64,000 nucleotides of DNA from Patescibacteria group bacterium (GTDB taxonomy: Bacteria > Patescibacteriota > Gracilibacteria > UBA4473): NCBI GenBank assembly GCA_965660445.1, contig CBFIAK010000001.1, forward strand, positions 192,001 through 256,000, given 5' to 3'. The notes beneath the pieces were generated by a model that did not search any database, had not been told where the DNA came from, and was given only the letters and a program-made list of their open reading frames with translations. A program made the position numbers and the translations under genes. Each line of letters opens with the position of its first letter. The first letter of the stretch is position 1. Positions 51,112-61,572 of this stretch are shown here, piece by piece.

Positions 51112-52370
51112 GATACCGATTGCATCCATTCTCGTGCAAATCGACTTATGTTTCCCGCACCCATAAACAAAAGAATATCGTTTTCTTGCAGATGTGCACA
51201 CAGGTTTCTTACATCATCATGGGTGGTGACTAAGTGTGCATTTGTAATAGATTCGGCAAGTATTGCAGACGATATCTTTGATTTGTCCTCTGCTGAGTCT
51301 CGAGCTTCGTAAATAGGATATATTCCTACCACATCAGGAGTAGAGAGAACCGTTTCGAACTCTTTCTGAAACGTATGAGTGCGAGAGAATTGATGGGGTT
51401 CGTAGAGAAGCCCGATACGAGACCCCGGAAATTTGCTACGAAATGCATCAATGGTAGCTTTTATTTCTGTGGGATGATGTCCGTAATCATCATACACAAG
51501 AATTCCGTTATAAGAACCGATATGTTCTTGGCGTCGCCCTGTTCCTGAAAAATGAAGAACGCCTTTCCGAAACGATTGTATATCAAGAGGAAGTATGTTT
51601 CCGAGTGCGAGTGCGAGATGAGCGTTTCTTTTATTATGGTCTCCAAAGAGAGTCAGGGTATCGACTTGAGATGCCTGAAAATCAACTTCAATTTTTTGTG
51701 TAGGAATATCACGAAGAAGGTCTTTTGTAACGTGATCATCGCTGTGATAGATGACGGTATTTGATTGTAAGAGGAATGACCGAAATGCGTTGAAGTATTC
51801 TTTTTCGGTTTTATAGGCATCGGGATGATCCCATTCTATATTGGTAATAAGGGTTATATCGGGTGTGAGAAACCGAAAATTGTTTCGGTATTCGCAAGCT
51901 TCTAATACGATAAATTCATTACTTCCGGAATGAAAGTTTGAGTTTTCAAATAAGGGAAGTGTTGATCCAACAAAGAATGTTGCGTCAAATGAAGCCGCCA
52001 TAGCACCTCCGGCAATAAGTCCGCAGGTTGTTGTTTTTCCATGTGTTCCTGCCACAGCAATAGTGGTGTATTTTTGAGAAATGTGCCCGAGAAATTCAAA
52101 ATAAGAATACAAGGGGATTGACCGTCGTTGTGCTTCGACGCGTTCAGCATGTTGTGTATCAATCGCTTCTGAATAAATAACCACGTCACATTCATCGGGG
52201 ATGTTTTTCTTGTGTTGAGGAGTGTATACACGAATTCCTTTTGATTGAAGTAGGTGTGTAATAGCACTTTCTTGTTGATCAGAACCACTCACGGAATGTC
52301 CTTGCTGGTGGCAAAATTGTGCAACAGCAGAGAGTCCGATTCCACCGATTCCAATACAATAAATATGCAT
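51108..52370 (-). CDS. murC: UDP-N-acetylmuramate--L-alanine ligase
   Basis: Start MHIYCIGIGGIGLS; VSGSD, VAGTHGKTTT, EACEY, DDYGHHPTEI, EPHQFSRT, MGAG. Confidence 0.95.
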   Translation of the reverse strand: MHIYCIGIGGIGLSAVAQFCHQQGHSVSGSDQQESAITHLLQSKGIRVYTPQHKKNIPDECDVVIYSEAIDTQHAERVEAQRRSIPLYSYFEFLGHISQKYTTIAVAGTHGKTTTCGLIAGGAMAASFDATFFVGSTLPLFENSNFHSGSNEFIVLEACEYRNNFRFLTPDITLITNIEWDHPDAYKTEKEYFNAFRSFLLQSNTVIYHSDDHVTKDLLRDIPTQKIEVDFQASQVDTLTLFGDHNKRNAHLALALGNILPLDIQSFRKGVLHFSGTGRRQEHIGSYNGILVYDDYGHHPTEIKATIDAFRSKFPGSRIGLLYEPHQFSRTHTFQKEFETVLSTPDVVGIYPIYEARDSAEDKSKISSAILAESITNAHLVTTHDDVRNLCAHLQENDILLFMGAGNISRFAREWMQSVS

Positions 52371-52467
52371 ATCGTCTTTTATGGTTTCAGTATAGAAGAA
52401 ACCATAAAAAAAGAAAAACAAGCGTAAGAGTATTGTGTTTTTGAGAAATTTTTTTACATTGACTACG

Positions 52468-54234
52468 ATGTCGAGTCTTAAAATAAAAGTAGGAATCCAC
52501 GATTCGTTAAAAGACGTGATTCAGTGTATTGCACAATCAAATACTCAAAAAATAGTGTTTCAGTGTGAGCGTGGAGTTGTGCTTTTCTCTGATATTGCAG
52601 CTCTTAAAAAAATAAAACAGGAAGCAGAGACGCATTCTGTAGAGTGTGTGTTTATAACATCACAAGAATTTGTACGAAAAATACTAGAGTTTCAAAAATT
52701 TACAGTTTTTTCTTCGATAGAGGAATACGGAGAAGATACAGAAACGCCATGGATGGCATTATCTCATTGGAAAGAGATACATACCAAACCGAAACACGTG
52801 CAAGAGGAAAATAAAGATGAGTCTTTCCCGAGTATAGTGCAAAAAGAAGAAAGTAATGAGGATATTCAATTAGACGATGAAGAGGGTGATTCGACGGTAT
52901 CTTCTTCGTTTGAAGTGCGTACTATTGATGACGATATTAAAAAACCAAAACGAGGAATCATCTTTTTTCTCGGTGTTTTTCTTATTGCATTGCTTGTGTT
53001 TTTGATTTTATGGCTTTCTCCTCGGGCGGTTGTGTTTATAAAACCAGAAGTATCGGTGGTGCCCTTGACACAGAACTTTTTGATTCAGCTTCCGCTTCCC
53101 GATGGTGTTGATACGGGGACAGTATTGCTTCCGACAATTCGTGGTATTTATGTGGAAAATGAAGTACAAGAAACGCAAACATTTCCAACAACGGGAAAAG
53201 AGTATGACCTGACTAATGCGTATGGAAGCGTGACGCTGTATAATGAAACAACGAGTCCTAAATTTCTTGTTCCTTCTCGATTATCTACGACGGATGGAGT
53301 TATTTTTCGGTTTTCAGAAGAAGTTACTATTCCTCCAAAAGTAGGAGACACTCCTGGAAGTATTATTGTGAATGTTGTTGCCGATCCCTATGATGCAGAT
53401 GGAAATCCGATTGGGCATCGTGGGAATATACCAGCGGGTACGGAACTTTTTTTTCCAGCACTGAGAGATGATTTACGAGAAATATTTTATGGAATTGCTA
53501 ACCGTGGACCTTTAGTGGGTGGGTCAACCTTGACACATTACTTTATGGCTGATGATGATATTGCCAAAACACGAGAATTTTTAGAAGAATCTTTTCGTCA
53601 TAGAGCACTTCAAAAACTCAAAGAAGAAGTAGAAGCTCGTTCTTTACGGGAAGGGAAAAACTATATTCTTCTTGATCATCCGGCTTTGTTGCAAACAGAA
53701 ATTATAGAAGAATCATTTCCAGAAGAATTAGTGGGACAGGCTATTGAAACTTTTGATGTATATGTGAATTTAAAACTTCAGGGAATTGTGTTTGATCAAG
53801 GTGAAATTATAGAGTTTTTAAAAAGCAAAGCAGAAGAAGTGCAAGACGAAAGGAAAAAACTTTTATATGTTGATCCTGTTTCTGCTAATTATGCAGTTCT
53901 TCCTACATTAGAGCTTATTGTGGCGACGAATAATACAGAAACAGAAGAGCAAGAAGCTCAGCCGAGAAAGTACGTAAATGAAATAAATCAAGTAAAGATA
54001 TCTGTACAAATGAAAGGTATCGAGATGTATGACTTTTATGCTTCTTCTTTGGATTCAGAGGAATGGAGATTGTCGCTTAAAAAAGAAATCGCAGGACGAT
54101 CTCGTCAGGAAGCATTAGGAATTTTGACGAATTTTCCAGAAATAGAAAACATAACCGATATTCATATTTCTCCTTTTTGGTCACAGTCAATTCCGTTATT
54201 ACTCGATCAAATTGAGTTTGTGGTACAGGAATAG
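52468..54234 (+). CDS. Membrane protein with baseplate J-like extracellular domain (CPR-type)
   Basis: Cytoplasmic N-terminus, acidic linker, one TM, A.G.VTLYN, GVIFR....VTIP, V.A...G..GNI, GG motifs. Confidence 0.65.
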   Translation: MSSLKIKVGIHDSLKDVIQCIAQSNTQKIVFQCERGVVLFSDIAALKKIKQEAETHSVECVFITSQEFVRKILEFQKFTVFSSIEEYGEDTETPWMALSHWKEIHTKPKHVQEENKDESFPSIVQKEESNEDIQLDDEEGDSTVSSSFEVRTIDDDIKKPKRGIIFFLGVFLIALLVFLILWLSPRAVVFIKPEVSVVPLTQNFLIQLPLPDGVDTGTVLLPTIRGIYVENEVQETQTFPTTGKEYDLTNAYGSVTLYNETTSPKFLVPSRLSTTDGVIFRFSEEVTIPPKVGDTPGSIIVNVVADPYDADGNPIGHRGNIPAGTELFFPALRDDLREIFYGIANRGPLVGGSTLTHYFMADDDIAKTREFLEESFRHRALQKLKEEVEARSLREGKNYILLDHPALLQTEIIEESFPEELVGQAIETFDVYVNLKLQGIVFDQGEIIEFLKSKAEEVQDERKKLLYVDPVSANYAVLPTLELIVATNNTETEEQEAQPRKYVNEINQVKISVQMKGIEMYDFYASSLDSEEWRLSLKKEIAGRSRQEALGILTNFPEIENITDIHISPFWSQSIPLLLDQIEFVVQE

Positions 54235-54235
54235 A

Positions 54236-54500
54236 AGAATTCTTCGAATTCAGAATCTTGAATCTTGAATCTGGAGTCTTGAATAAATCGCAGGAATCGC
54301 AGGAATCACAAAAAAATCACAAGGATTTGCACAGCCTTATGATTTTTCCTTATTTCTTAATCTTCATCTCAATCTTATTTCTTAAAACAGAGACCGGTCT
54401 CCAACTTTTAGCTTTGTTGTGCGTTTTTTTGTTTTTTTGAAATCATTTTATAATATTGTTTTAGATTCCGGATTCGAGCGCCTCAGCGCTCTTGCGATTC
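54236..54500. repeat. Mosaic repeat locus R5 with fused palindrome
   Basis: Heptamers, AATCGCAGG 9-mers, hairpin 54315-54344, 6-mer array, GAGACCGGTCTC 54390-54401, GAGCGCCTCAGCGCTC 54476-54491. Confidence 0.9.
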
Positions 54501-54526
54501 CCTCTAAGAGAACGTATACTGACGTT

Positions 54527-54997
54527 ATGTATATAATTGGGATTGATCCGGGGTATGATCGTTGTGGGTTTGCGGTATTGCGTTTCTCTCAAGAAAACCA
54601 ATCACCAATTATCGAGCTTACAGGAGTGCTGACAACTCAGAAAACACAAACATTCCAAAATCGTTTATATGAAATTGGAACCGATATTGAAAAACTGTTT
54701 CAGCGGTTTCCACCGACATGTGTTGTTTTAGAAGATTTATTCTGGGGAAAAAATCATAAAACAGCCTTATTAGTCTCTCAAATTAGAGGCGTTATTACCT
54801 ATCAAGCGTTGCAACATGGAGCTATTGTAAAAGAACCAAAACCAGTGGAAGTAAAAAATATGTTTACTGGAAACGGAAAAGCAACCAAACAAGAAATGAA
54901 GAAAATGGTTGAGCTTGTATTTCAAATCAATGCACAAGATATTCTAGACGATACTATAGATGCTATCGCTATGGCGGCTATAGCGAATGTAGCTTGA
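54527..54997 (+). CDS. ruvC: Holliday junction resolvase RuvC
   Basis: MYIIGIDPG..RCG, VLEDLF, RGVI, P.EVK..FTGNGKATK, DDTIDAIAMA. Confidence 0.93.
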   Translation: MYIIGIDPGYDRCGFAVLRFSQENQSPIIELTGVLTTQKTQTFQNRLYEIGTDIEKLFQRFPPTCVVLEDLFWGKNHKTALLVSQIRGVITYQALQHGAIVKEPKPVEVKNMFTGNGKATKQEMKKMVELVFQINAQDILDDTIDAIAMAAIANVA

Positions 54998-55030
54998 CTA
55001 AACGAATAAATATATTGTATAATATAAAGG

Positions 55031-56035
55031 ATGGACTCAAAAGATACGTCTAAAGAAGAAAATAAAAAGATAATTCCTTCAGAAGAATCTGATATTTCTG
55101 TGAAAAAAAAACCACCAGTTGTGGCGGCGGAGTCGAGTGCTGTGATCGATGAGGATGACGAAGCACTGTATGATGAAGATGAAGACGAAGATCTTTTGGT
55201 CGAAAACGATGGCGATTTTTTTTGGTTATTACAACGAGCAATATGGACTATTGTGAAAATTCTTTTTTCTTTTGGGGCGCTCTTTTTGATTGTTTGGGTT
55301 ATTTGGAGTGATGATGAAGAAGTATCTGTACAAGAAACTGAGCAACAAGCCGAGTCTGTGCAAGAAAACACTCCCTCAGTTGATCCAGTTCAAACACAAA
55401 CGGCGAAAAAACAGTTACCGGTTGAAAAGGCGACTCCTGTTTCTTCAGAGCCATCCCCTGCGTTTCAAAATCGTGCTGTGCAGGATGCCCTTCAGGAAGA
55501 AATCATCTTAAGAGATGATATTGGAGTTTATATGCAATGGAATAAACGAGTGAAGACTTTTTTTGAAACCCGCATGGATGTTACTCGTTGGGGGGAATCT
55601 CCAGAAGTTCGATCACAATCACTCGATAAATTTTTAGACGATATTTATACCTTTGTTACGGAATCTATTCACCTGCGGAGACAGCTCGTTCAGAAACTCA
55701 ATGGGTACTATAATGGTATTACGCATAATACAGAACTTATCGAATATCACACCCTGCGTTTAAATGAAGCATTGTCTTTAGTGCGTCCAGATGAAGTTGA
55801 GTTTCACGTGTATAAAAAAATAGCGTTCCAGAAACAACGAGAACAAAACACGGTTTTTTATGATACGAATAAATACGCACTCCAAATGATGGAAATGTAC
55901 GATAAAGCTCTCAGAGATGTTTATTATAAAGCACAAGCCAACAAAAGAGCTCTTATTTATAATATTCAAGTCGTGCAGTTTCAAGACGATCCATTTGCAA
56001 GAGTTTTAACACCTGCACAGTGGCAATCGCGATAA
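55031..56035 (+). CDS. Hypothetical single-pass membrane protein
   Basis: Acidic N-terminus, TM, helical C-terminal domain; strong promoter directly upstream. Confidence 0.65.
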   Translation: MDSKDTSKEENKKIIPSEESDISVKKKPPVVAAESSAVIDEDDEALYDEDEDEDLLVENDGDFFWLLQRAIWTIVKILFSFGALFLIVWVIWSDDEEVSVQETEQQAESVQENTPSVDPVQTQTAKKQLPVEKATPVSSEPSPAFQNRAVQDALQEEIILRDDIGVYMQWNKRVKTFFETRMDVTRWGESPEVRSQSLDKFLDDIYTFVTESIHLRRQLVQKLNGYYNGITHNTELIEYHTLRLNEALSLVRPDEVEFHVYKKIAFQKQREQNTVFYDTNKYALQMMEMYDKALRDVYYKAQANKRALIYNIQVVQFQDDPFARVLTPAQWQSR

Positions 56036-56051
56036 AGCTATTATTGTTGAG

Positions 56052-56510
56052 TTATTGTGGAAAAGCCCATCCTTTAACCTCACTTTCATCAATCCACGTT
56101 TGAGTTTCTTGTAATATAAAGTCCCAACCAACTTTTGTTTTCGTTCCATGAGCAAGTAAAACTTTATCATCTTGTGTATGAATAAGTATTTGTGTACTCT
56201 TTGGTGGTTTTATTTTTGATAAATAATTAAATTTTCTACCATCTTCACATTCGTAACAACAACCTATATCTGAAGTATGATTTGTAAGAGAATGTTCTTC
56301 AGTTTCAATAGAATTCAGGAGTTTATATACGTATTTTGAAAATTCATCACTCGTTTGAAACACCGGATGAAGAATTTCAGTTTTTAAACTATGGAGTCGG
56401 AGGGTGTCTTTATCTTGAATAGCTTCTTGTATTCGTTTTTGGAAATGAGCGCAGAAATCTTCGGGAGAATGAAATTGATGTATTTGTTCGTAATGGGATT
56501 CGTAGTTCAT
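56052..56510 (-). CDS. Hypothetical protein
   Basis: 152 aa ORF. Confidence 0.55.
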   Translation of the reverse strand: MNYESHYEQIHQFHSPEDFCAHFQKRIQEAIQDKDTLRLHSLKTEILHPVFQTSDEFSKYVYKLLNSIETEEHSLTNHTSDIGCCYECEDGRKFNYLSKIKPPKSTQILIHTQDDKVLLAHGTKTKVGWDFILQETQTWIDESEVKGWAFPQ

Positions 56511-56642
56511 AATAGTAAATGAGTATGAATTTTTCAGAAAAAATTATAGTCTTTGAACGAAAAAAATCAAAAAAAACAAGGAATCCTTTATTTGACAAAA
56601 AGAGAATGCTCGTTAATATGCATGCGTTCTTTTTATACATAT

Positions 56643-56717
<75 letters not shown>

Positions 56718-56724
56718 CAAAAAA

Positions 56725-56814
56725 GCACGAGTGGCGGAATTGGTAGACGCGCTAGCTTGAGGGGCTAGTGAGATATTTTTTCTCGTGGAGGTTCAAGTCC
56801 TCTCTCGTGCACCA
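56725..56814 (+). tRNA. tRNA-Leu(GAG)
   Basis: GCACGAG acceptor stem, CTAGC-TTGAGGG-GCTAG, long variable arm, GGTTCAAGTCC, ACCA end. Confidence 0.96.
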
Positions 56815-56820
56815 GAAGAG

Positions 56821-57262
56821 CAGTGAAGTGAAAATTAGAATCTTGAATCTGGAATCTAGAATCTAGAATAAATCGCAGGAATCACAAAACAATCACAAGG
56901 TTGTGCAAAGACTTGTGATTTTTCCTTATTTCTTAATCTTCATCTCAATCTTAATTCTTATAAAATGGAGACCGGTCTCCGTTTTTTGTAGTTATAGACT
57001 AAAAAATAATTAAAGCTTGAGAGTTTGACATGCAAAAGTTTATGTTTAAGCCAAAAGTTGGAGACCGGTCTCCAACTTTTGGCTTTGTTGTGCGTTTTTT
57101 TGTTTTTTTAGGGTTGTTGTATAATAATAGAATCTTGAATCTAAATAAGAATCTGGAATTTTGAATCTTGAATCTTGAATCTAGAATAAATCGCAGGAAT
57201 CACAAGGTTGTGCAAAGACTTGTGATTTTTTCCATAATTCCTAATTCATACTTCCTACTTCT
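56821..57262. repeat. Mosaic repeat locus R6 (contains an inverted copy of the R2 two-palindrome unit)
   Basis: Hairpins 56891-56920 and 57198-57227; palindromes 56967-56980 and 57048-57085 (38 bp); heptamer arrays. Confidence 0.92.
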
Positions 57263-57409
57263 AAACTCACAGATTTTATTTCGATTGACTCTTTCTTTAT
57301 TTTTGTAATACTTTGGTCTGTACTTTGAGTGTGTTTTAGAGAGAACAGCAAAACTAGGAAAAGATTGAAAAAACCTCATTTTTCTGGTATAATAGAGTTT
57401 CTGCAATTC

Positions 57410-59839
57410 ATGAAAAAACACAAAAAAATTCTGCTGAGATTATCAGTCCCTCAAAATAATAAGAGAGGGCCAGTTGCTTTTGAGCAGATTTTAGCGAGTC
57501 TTCATGGACTTCTGACAAAAGAAATCCAACGAAGTGGAGACGAGGAAATAACGTTTGAAATTGTGCGAAAAGATCGTCGTATCTATTTTTATATTGTCGT
57601 ATCTACGCATTTGCAAACACTTATTGCGTCTCAGTTTTATGCGCAATACCCAGATATTGAAATCGAAACAGTGAAAGAATATTTTACAAAAAACTTTATT
57701 AAAGGAAAACAACTTCTGCTTGCCGATCTTCAGCCAGGAGAACCATGGGTGTTCCCTTTTAAACGACATCCTCAATTTTTCGATAGCTCATCAGGGCTTT
57801 TTGAAGATCCTATTGGTCCTATAACCGCTGCATTATCACATCTGCAAAATATAGAAGATTCAGCCGTTATTCAGTTCGTTATTACTCCTATTGATCCAAC
57901 TTGGAACAATAGAGCTAAAAAAGTATTAAAACGGTTTATGAGTGGTGGTGTTTGGGATTGGCAATGGCTGAGAGATAAGTATCAATGGGTAATGCTTGAT
58001 CCAAGCACTGAAAAATCGGTTCAGAAGTTCTTTGTACGAAAACTTATTGATGTTTTCTTCTGCTGGAGCGGAAATGCCGCAATGCCTGTATCAGGCGGGC
58101 AAACAGAAGCAACATCAGGAAAACATGATCGGGAAACAGTATTTGATGCCGCGTATGACAAAACAACACGTCTTAATTTTGGAACGAACATACGAGTTAT
58201 GTATATCCATAAAGACCCAGATAGCGCTCATGCAGATGCAAAAATACGTGAAATAGCAGGAACGTTTCAACAGTTTTCGTTACCGCAAATGAACCATTTT
58301 ATCGTTCAACGTATCGAACGAAATCACCAAAACCAGTTATTTAAAGATATGGTTGCTCGACGCAACCGAAATCCATTTGCATTGAGCCAAGAAGAATTAG
58401 CAACAATATACCATTTGCCAACAGAAACAGTCAGAAGTGCGGGGATTCAATGGGTAATTTCTCCGAAACTAGAACCTCCAGTCGATCTTCCTTCCGATAA
58501 CGAAGAAAGTATTACTCTTATTGGAGAAACAAATTTTAGAAACCAAAAACAAAAATATGGTATTCGTGTCGATGACCGTCGTCGACATGTGTATATCATC
58601 GGGAAAACAGGTATGGGGAAATCAACACTATTGGAAAATATGATTTTTTCAGATATTGCCGCCGGAAAAGGAGTAGGGATTATCGATCCACATGGAGATT
58701 TGGCAGAAGCAGTAATGCGATTTATCCCAAAACATAGAACAAATGATGTTATCTATTTTGATCCTTCAGATCGTGATTTTCCAATTGCGTTTAATATGTT
58801 GGAAGGAAAAAATAAAGAACAAAGAAGTCTTATTGCTTCTGGACTCGTTGGCGTTATCAAAAAATTAAATATTGATTCATGGGGACCACGACTTGAGCAT
58901 TTCTTAAGAAATACAATATTAGCCTTAGTTGAAGCACCAGATACAACTATGCTTGGGATTACACGTATGCTTGTCGATCCAGTCTATAAAGAAAAAATAC
59001 TTCATTTTGTTCAAGATCCTATGGTTCAGAGTTTTTGGAGAACAGAGTTTGATAAACTAGCCCCTCAAAAACGAGCAGAAGCTATCGGACCTATCCAAAA
59101 CAAAGTTGGTCAATTTCTCGCAACCCCTATTATCAGAAATATCGTTGGACAACCAAAATCAACCCTTGATATTCGGTTTGCTATGGACTCTGGGAAAATC
59201 GTTATTGTTAACCTTTCAAAAGGAAAAATAGGAGAAGATAATTCCTCTATGCTCGGATCACTCCTTATTACAAAGTTTCAAATTGATGCAATGAGCCGAG
59301 CCGATATCCCTGCAAAAGATCGACGAGATTTCTATTTGTACGTAGACGAGTTTCAAAATTTTGCTACCGATTCGTTTGCATCTATTCTTTCTGAAGCTCG
59401 AAAATATAAACTCAATCTTACTATGGCCAATCAATACGTAGCGCAAATGTCAGACGAAGTGAAAGCGGCTGTATTTGGAAATGTAGGATCCCTTGTGTCA
59501 TTTCAGGTAGGAATTGATGATGCTCGTGTGTTTTCAGAACAGTTTGATCCAGAAGTTGTTGAACCTATTCATTTAGCTTCTGTCCCTAAGTATTCAGTGT
59601 ATAATCGTATTATGGTTGATGGAATCACTTCTCCTGTTTTTTCAGCTGTAACGTTACCGCCACCAGATATTCAAGCCGATGAAGATCGAGAAGAACGGTA
59701 CCAAAAAATATTAAAATTCTCTCGTCAAAGATACGCAAAACCACGCGATACAGTAGAAAACAAGATTATTCGATGGACTCGCCCAGAAGAAGAAAAACGG
59801 AAAAAGAAAGACGATGATGTCGATGACAAATCAAGATAA
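57410..59839 (+). CDS. VirB4/TraG(VirD4)/HerA-like P-loop ATPase (CPR-type)
   Basis: DRRRHVYIIGKTGMGKS (Walker A), IDPHGDL, LYVDEFQNF (Walker B), LSEARKY, ANQY. Confidence 0.88.
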   Translation: MKKHKKILLRLSVPQNNKRGPVAFEQILASLHGLLTKEIQRSGDEEITFEIVRKDRRIYFYIVVSTHLQTLIASQFYAQYPDIEIETVKEYFTKNFIKGKQLLLADLQPGEPWVFPFKRHPQFFDSSSGLFEDPIGPITAALSHLQNIEDSAVIQFVITPIDPTWNNRAKKVLKRFMSGGVWDWQWLRDKYQWVMLDPSTEKSVQKFFVRKLIDVFFCWSGNAAMPVSGGQTEATSGKHDRETVFDAAYDKTTRLNFGTNIRVMYIHKDPDSAHADAKIREIAGTFQQFSLPQMNHFIVQRIERNHQNQLFKDMVARRNRNPFALSQEELATIYHLPTETVRSAGIQWVISPKLEPPVDLPSDNEESITLIGETNFRNQKQKYGIRVDDRRRHVYIIGKTGMGKSTLLENMIFSDIAAGKGVGIIDPHGDLAEAVMRFIPKHRTNDVIYFDPSDRDFPIAFNMLEGKNKEQRSLIASGLVGVIKKLNIDSWGPRLEHFLRNTILALVEAPDTTMLGITRMLVDPVYKEKILHFVQDPMVQSFWRTEFDKLAPQKRAEAIGPIQNKVGQFLATPIIRNIVGQPKSTLDIRFAMDSGKIVIVNLSKGKIGEDNSSMLGSLLITKFQIDAMSRADIPAKDRRDFYLYVDEFQNFATDSFASILSEARKYKLNLTMANQYVAQMSDEVKAAVFGNVGSLVSFQVGIDDARVFSEQFDPEVVEPIHLASVPKYSVYNRIMVDGITSPVFSAVTLPPPDIQADEDREERYQKILKFSRQRYAKPRDTVENKIIRWTRPEEEKRKKKDDDVDDKSR

Positions 59840-60041
59840 GAATCTTGAATCTGGAATCTAAATAAGAATCCGGAATCTGGAATCTTGAATCTTGAATAAA
59901 TCGCAGGAATCACAAAAATCACAAGGCTGTGCAAAGCTTTGTGATTTTTTCTATAATTCATAATTCTGAAATCGGAGATTTCACTGCGCTTCTGCGATGG
60001 GAACAAGATTCCAGATTCCGGATTCGAGCGCTTTAGCGCTT
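59838..60041. repeat. Mosaic repeat locus R7
   Basis: Heptamers, 9-mers, hairpin 59917-59946, GATGGGAACAAGATTC linker, GAGCGCTTTAGCGCT from 60026. Confidence 0.9.
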
Positions 60042-60047
60042 ATTTCA

Positions 60048-60488
60048 CTACGCAAAGGTTGATCCTGTTTTTTCAAGTGCTGTTTTTGCACTCGCAGAAA
60101 CAAGTATTCCTTGATCAATAGATACTTTTTTAGAACATTCTCCATCACCAAGAATTTTTACTTTTCCATCGTTTCGATGAATGAGTTTTTTAGCAAGCAA
60201 TGTTTCGTAAGAAATGGTTTCACCCGCTTCGAAATGGTTTTCAATATCAGCAAGATTTAATGTCTTTGCTTCAACACGGTTTGGGTTTCGAAACCCTCCT
60301 TTTTTTGGCATTCTTTGAATTAAAGGCGTCTGACCTCCTTCAAATCCAATTCGAACACCTCCACCAGATCGTGCGTTTTGTCCTTTACATCCGCGTCCAG
60401 CAAATGTTCCGTTACCAGTACCAATTCCTTGCCCTTTTCTTTTAGGGGCTTTTCGAGGAACATTCGGTTTGAGTTCGTGTAATTTCAT
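60048..60488 (-). CDS. rplO: 50S ribosomal protein L15
   Basis: GRGCKGQNARSG, GFEGGQTPL.QRMPK. Confidence 0.97.
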   Translation of the reverse strand: MKLHELKPNVPRKAPKRKGQGIGTGNGTFAGRGCKGQNARSGGGVRIGFEGGQTPLIQRMPKKGGFRNPNRVEAKTLNLADIENHFEAGETISYETLLAKKLIHRNDGKVKILGDGECSKKVSIDQGILVSASAKTALEKTGSTFA

Positions 60489-60528
60489 GAGAATAAAAAA
60501 TGAGTGAGGAAATGAAAGAAAAGAAGTC

Positions 60529-61200
60529 TTATTTCTTTTTTGTTTTTGCCGTTGGTTTCTTTGATGGCGCTTTTTCTACTGCTTTTTCTGCTGCGCTTTC
60601 TTTTTTTGGAGTGTCTGATGATGCTTCTTCTTTGCTATCAGTTGCTTTTTTAGGGTTTGGGTCTTGATTAACCATTGCTTCAAGTGCCGAAAATGTTGCA
60701 CGAGTAACGTTGAGTTTGTTTCGTGATCCGTGTACTTTTGAAAGTACGTCTTTTACGCCCGCAAGTTCAAGAATTTTTCGAACAGCTCCTCCAGCAATAA
60801 TCCCTTTCCCTTCAGTTGCTGGAAAAAGAAGTACTTGTGATGCTTTGAAATTTCCTTTCTGTGGATGAGGTAATGTTCCATTAAAAATGGGAATGTGAAT
60901 CATGCTTTTTTTTGCCTTTGAAACAGCTTTTTGAATTCCAATCATTACTTCTGCAGATTTCCCGATTCCAAACCCAACACGTCCTTTTTGGTCCCCAATA
61001 ATCACAGATACTCGAAACCGGAGTCGTCGACCTCCTTTTACCACACGAGTTACTCGATCAATCTGAAGAATTGATTCTTCAAACTCTTTCACTTCTCGTG
61101 GTTTTTTGTCTCGAGAAACTCTTCGTTGAGGTCTTTTTTCAGAAACAGGTGCGTCTGAATGTTGTTTTTGTTCTGGTGCTGTTGTAGTTTGTTCTGTCAT
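60529..61200 (-). CDS. rpsE: 30S ribosomal protein S5
   Basis: IDRVTRVVKGGRRLRF, GIIAGGAVR. Confidence 0.97.
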   Translation of the reverse strand: MTEQTTTAPEQKQHSDAPVSEKRPQRRVSRDKKPREVKEFEESILQIDRVTRVVKGGRRLRFRVSVIIGDQKGRVGFGIGKSAEVMIGIQKAVSKAKKSMIHIPIFNGTLPHPQKGNFKASQVLLFPATEGKGIIAGGAVRKILELAGVKDVLSKVHGSRNKLNVTRATFSALEAMVNQDPNPKKATDSKEEASSDTPKKESAAEKAVEKAPSKKPTAKTKKK

Positions 61201-61215
61201 GAAGTAATGAAGTAA

Positions 61216-61560
61216 TTAAAAGTTAAGCCCCCCTTCTCGAGCTTTTTCTGCAAGTGCTTTGATTTGTCCATGGTATTGATACCCGTTTCTATCAAATGCA
61301 ACATCAGTTATTTTATGAGTTTTTGCAATATCAGCAATCATGAGCCCTACCTTTTGTGCGGCAGCAATTCCAGTTTCTTTCAAAGATAATCCAGAAGTCG
61401 ACCCAAGAACCTTTCCCGTTGTGTCATCAAACAATGATGCATATATAGTTCGGTTTGAACGATAGACAATAAGTCGCACACGACCAGATTGGCGTGCTAA
61501 AGCATGTGTTCGTCGTGATCGAGCAAGTCGTCGAGATGTTTTCAATTGAGTAGTTTTCAT
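61216..61560 (-). CDS. rplR: 50S ribosomal protein L18
   Basis: RL.VYRSNR.IYA, FDRNGYQYHG. Confidence 0.95.
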   Translation of the reverse strand: MKTTQLKTSRRLARSRRTHALARQSGRVRLIVYRSNRTIYASLFDDTTGKVLGSTSGLSLKETGIAAAQKVGLMIADIAKTHKITDVAFDRNGYQYHGQIKALAEKAREGGLNF

Positions 61561-61572
61561 ATCAAATCAAAT

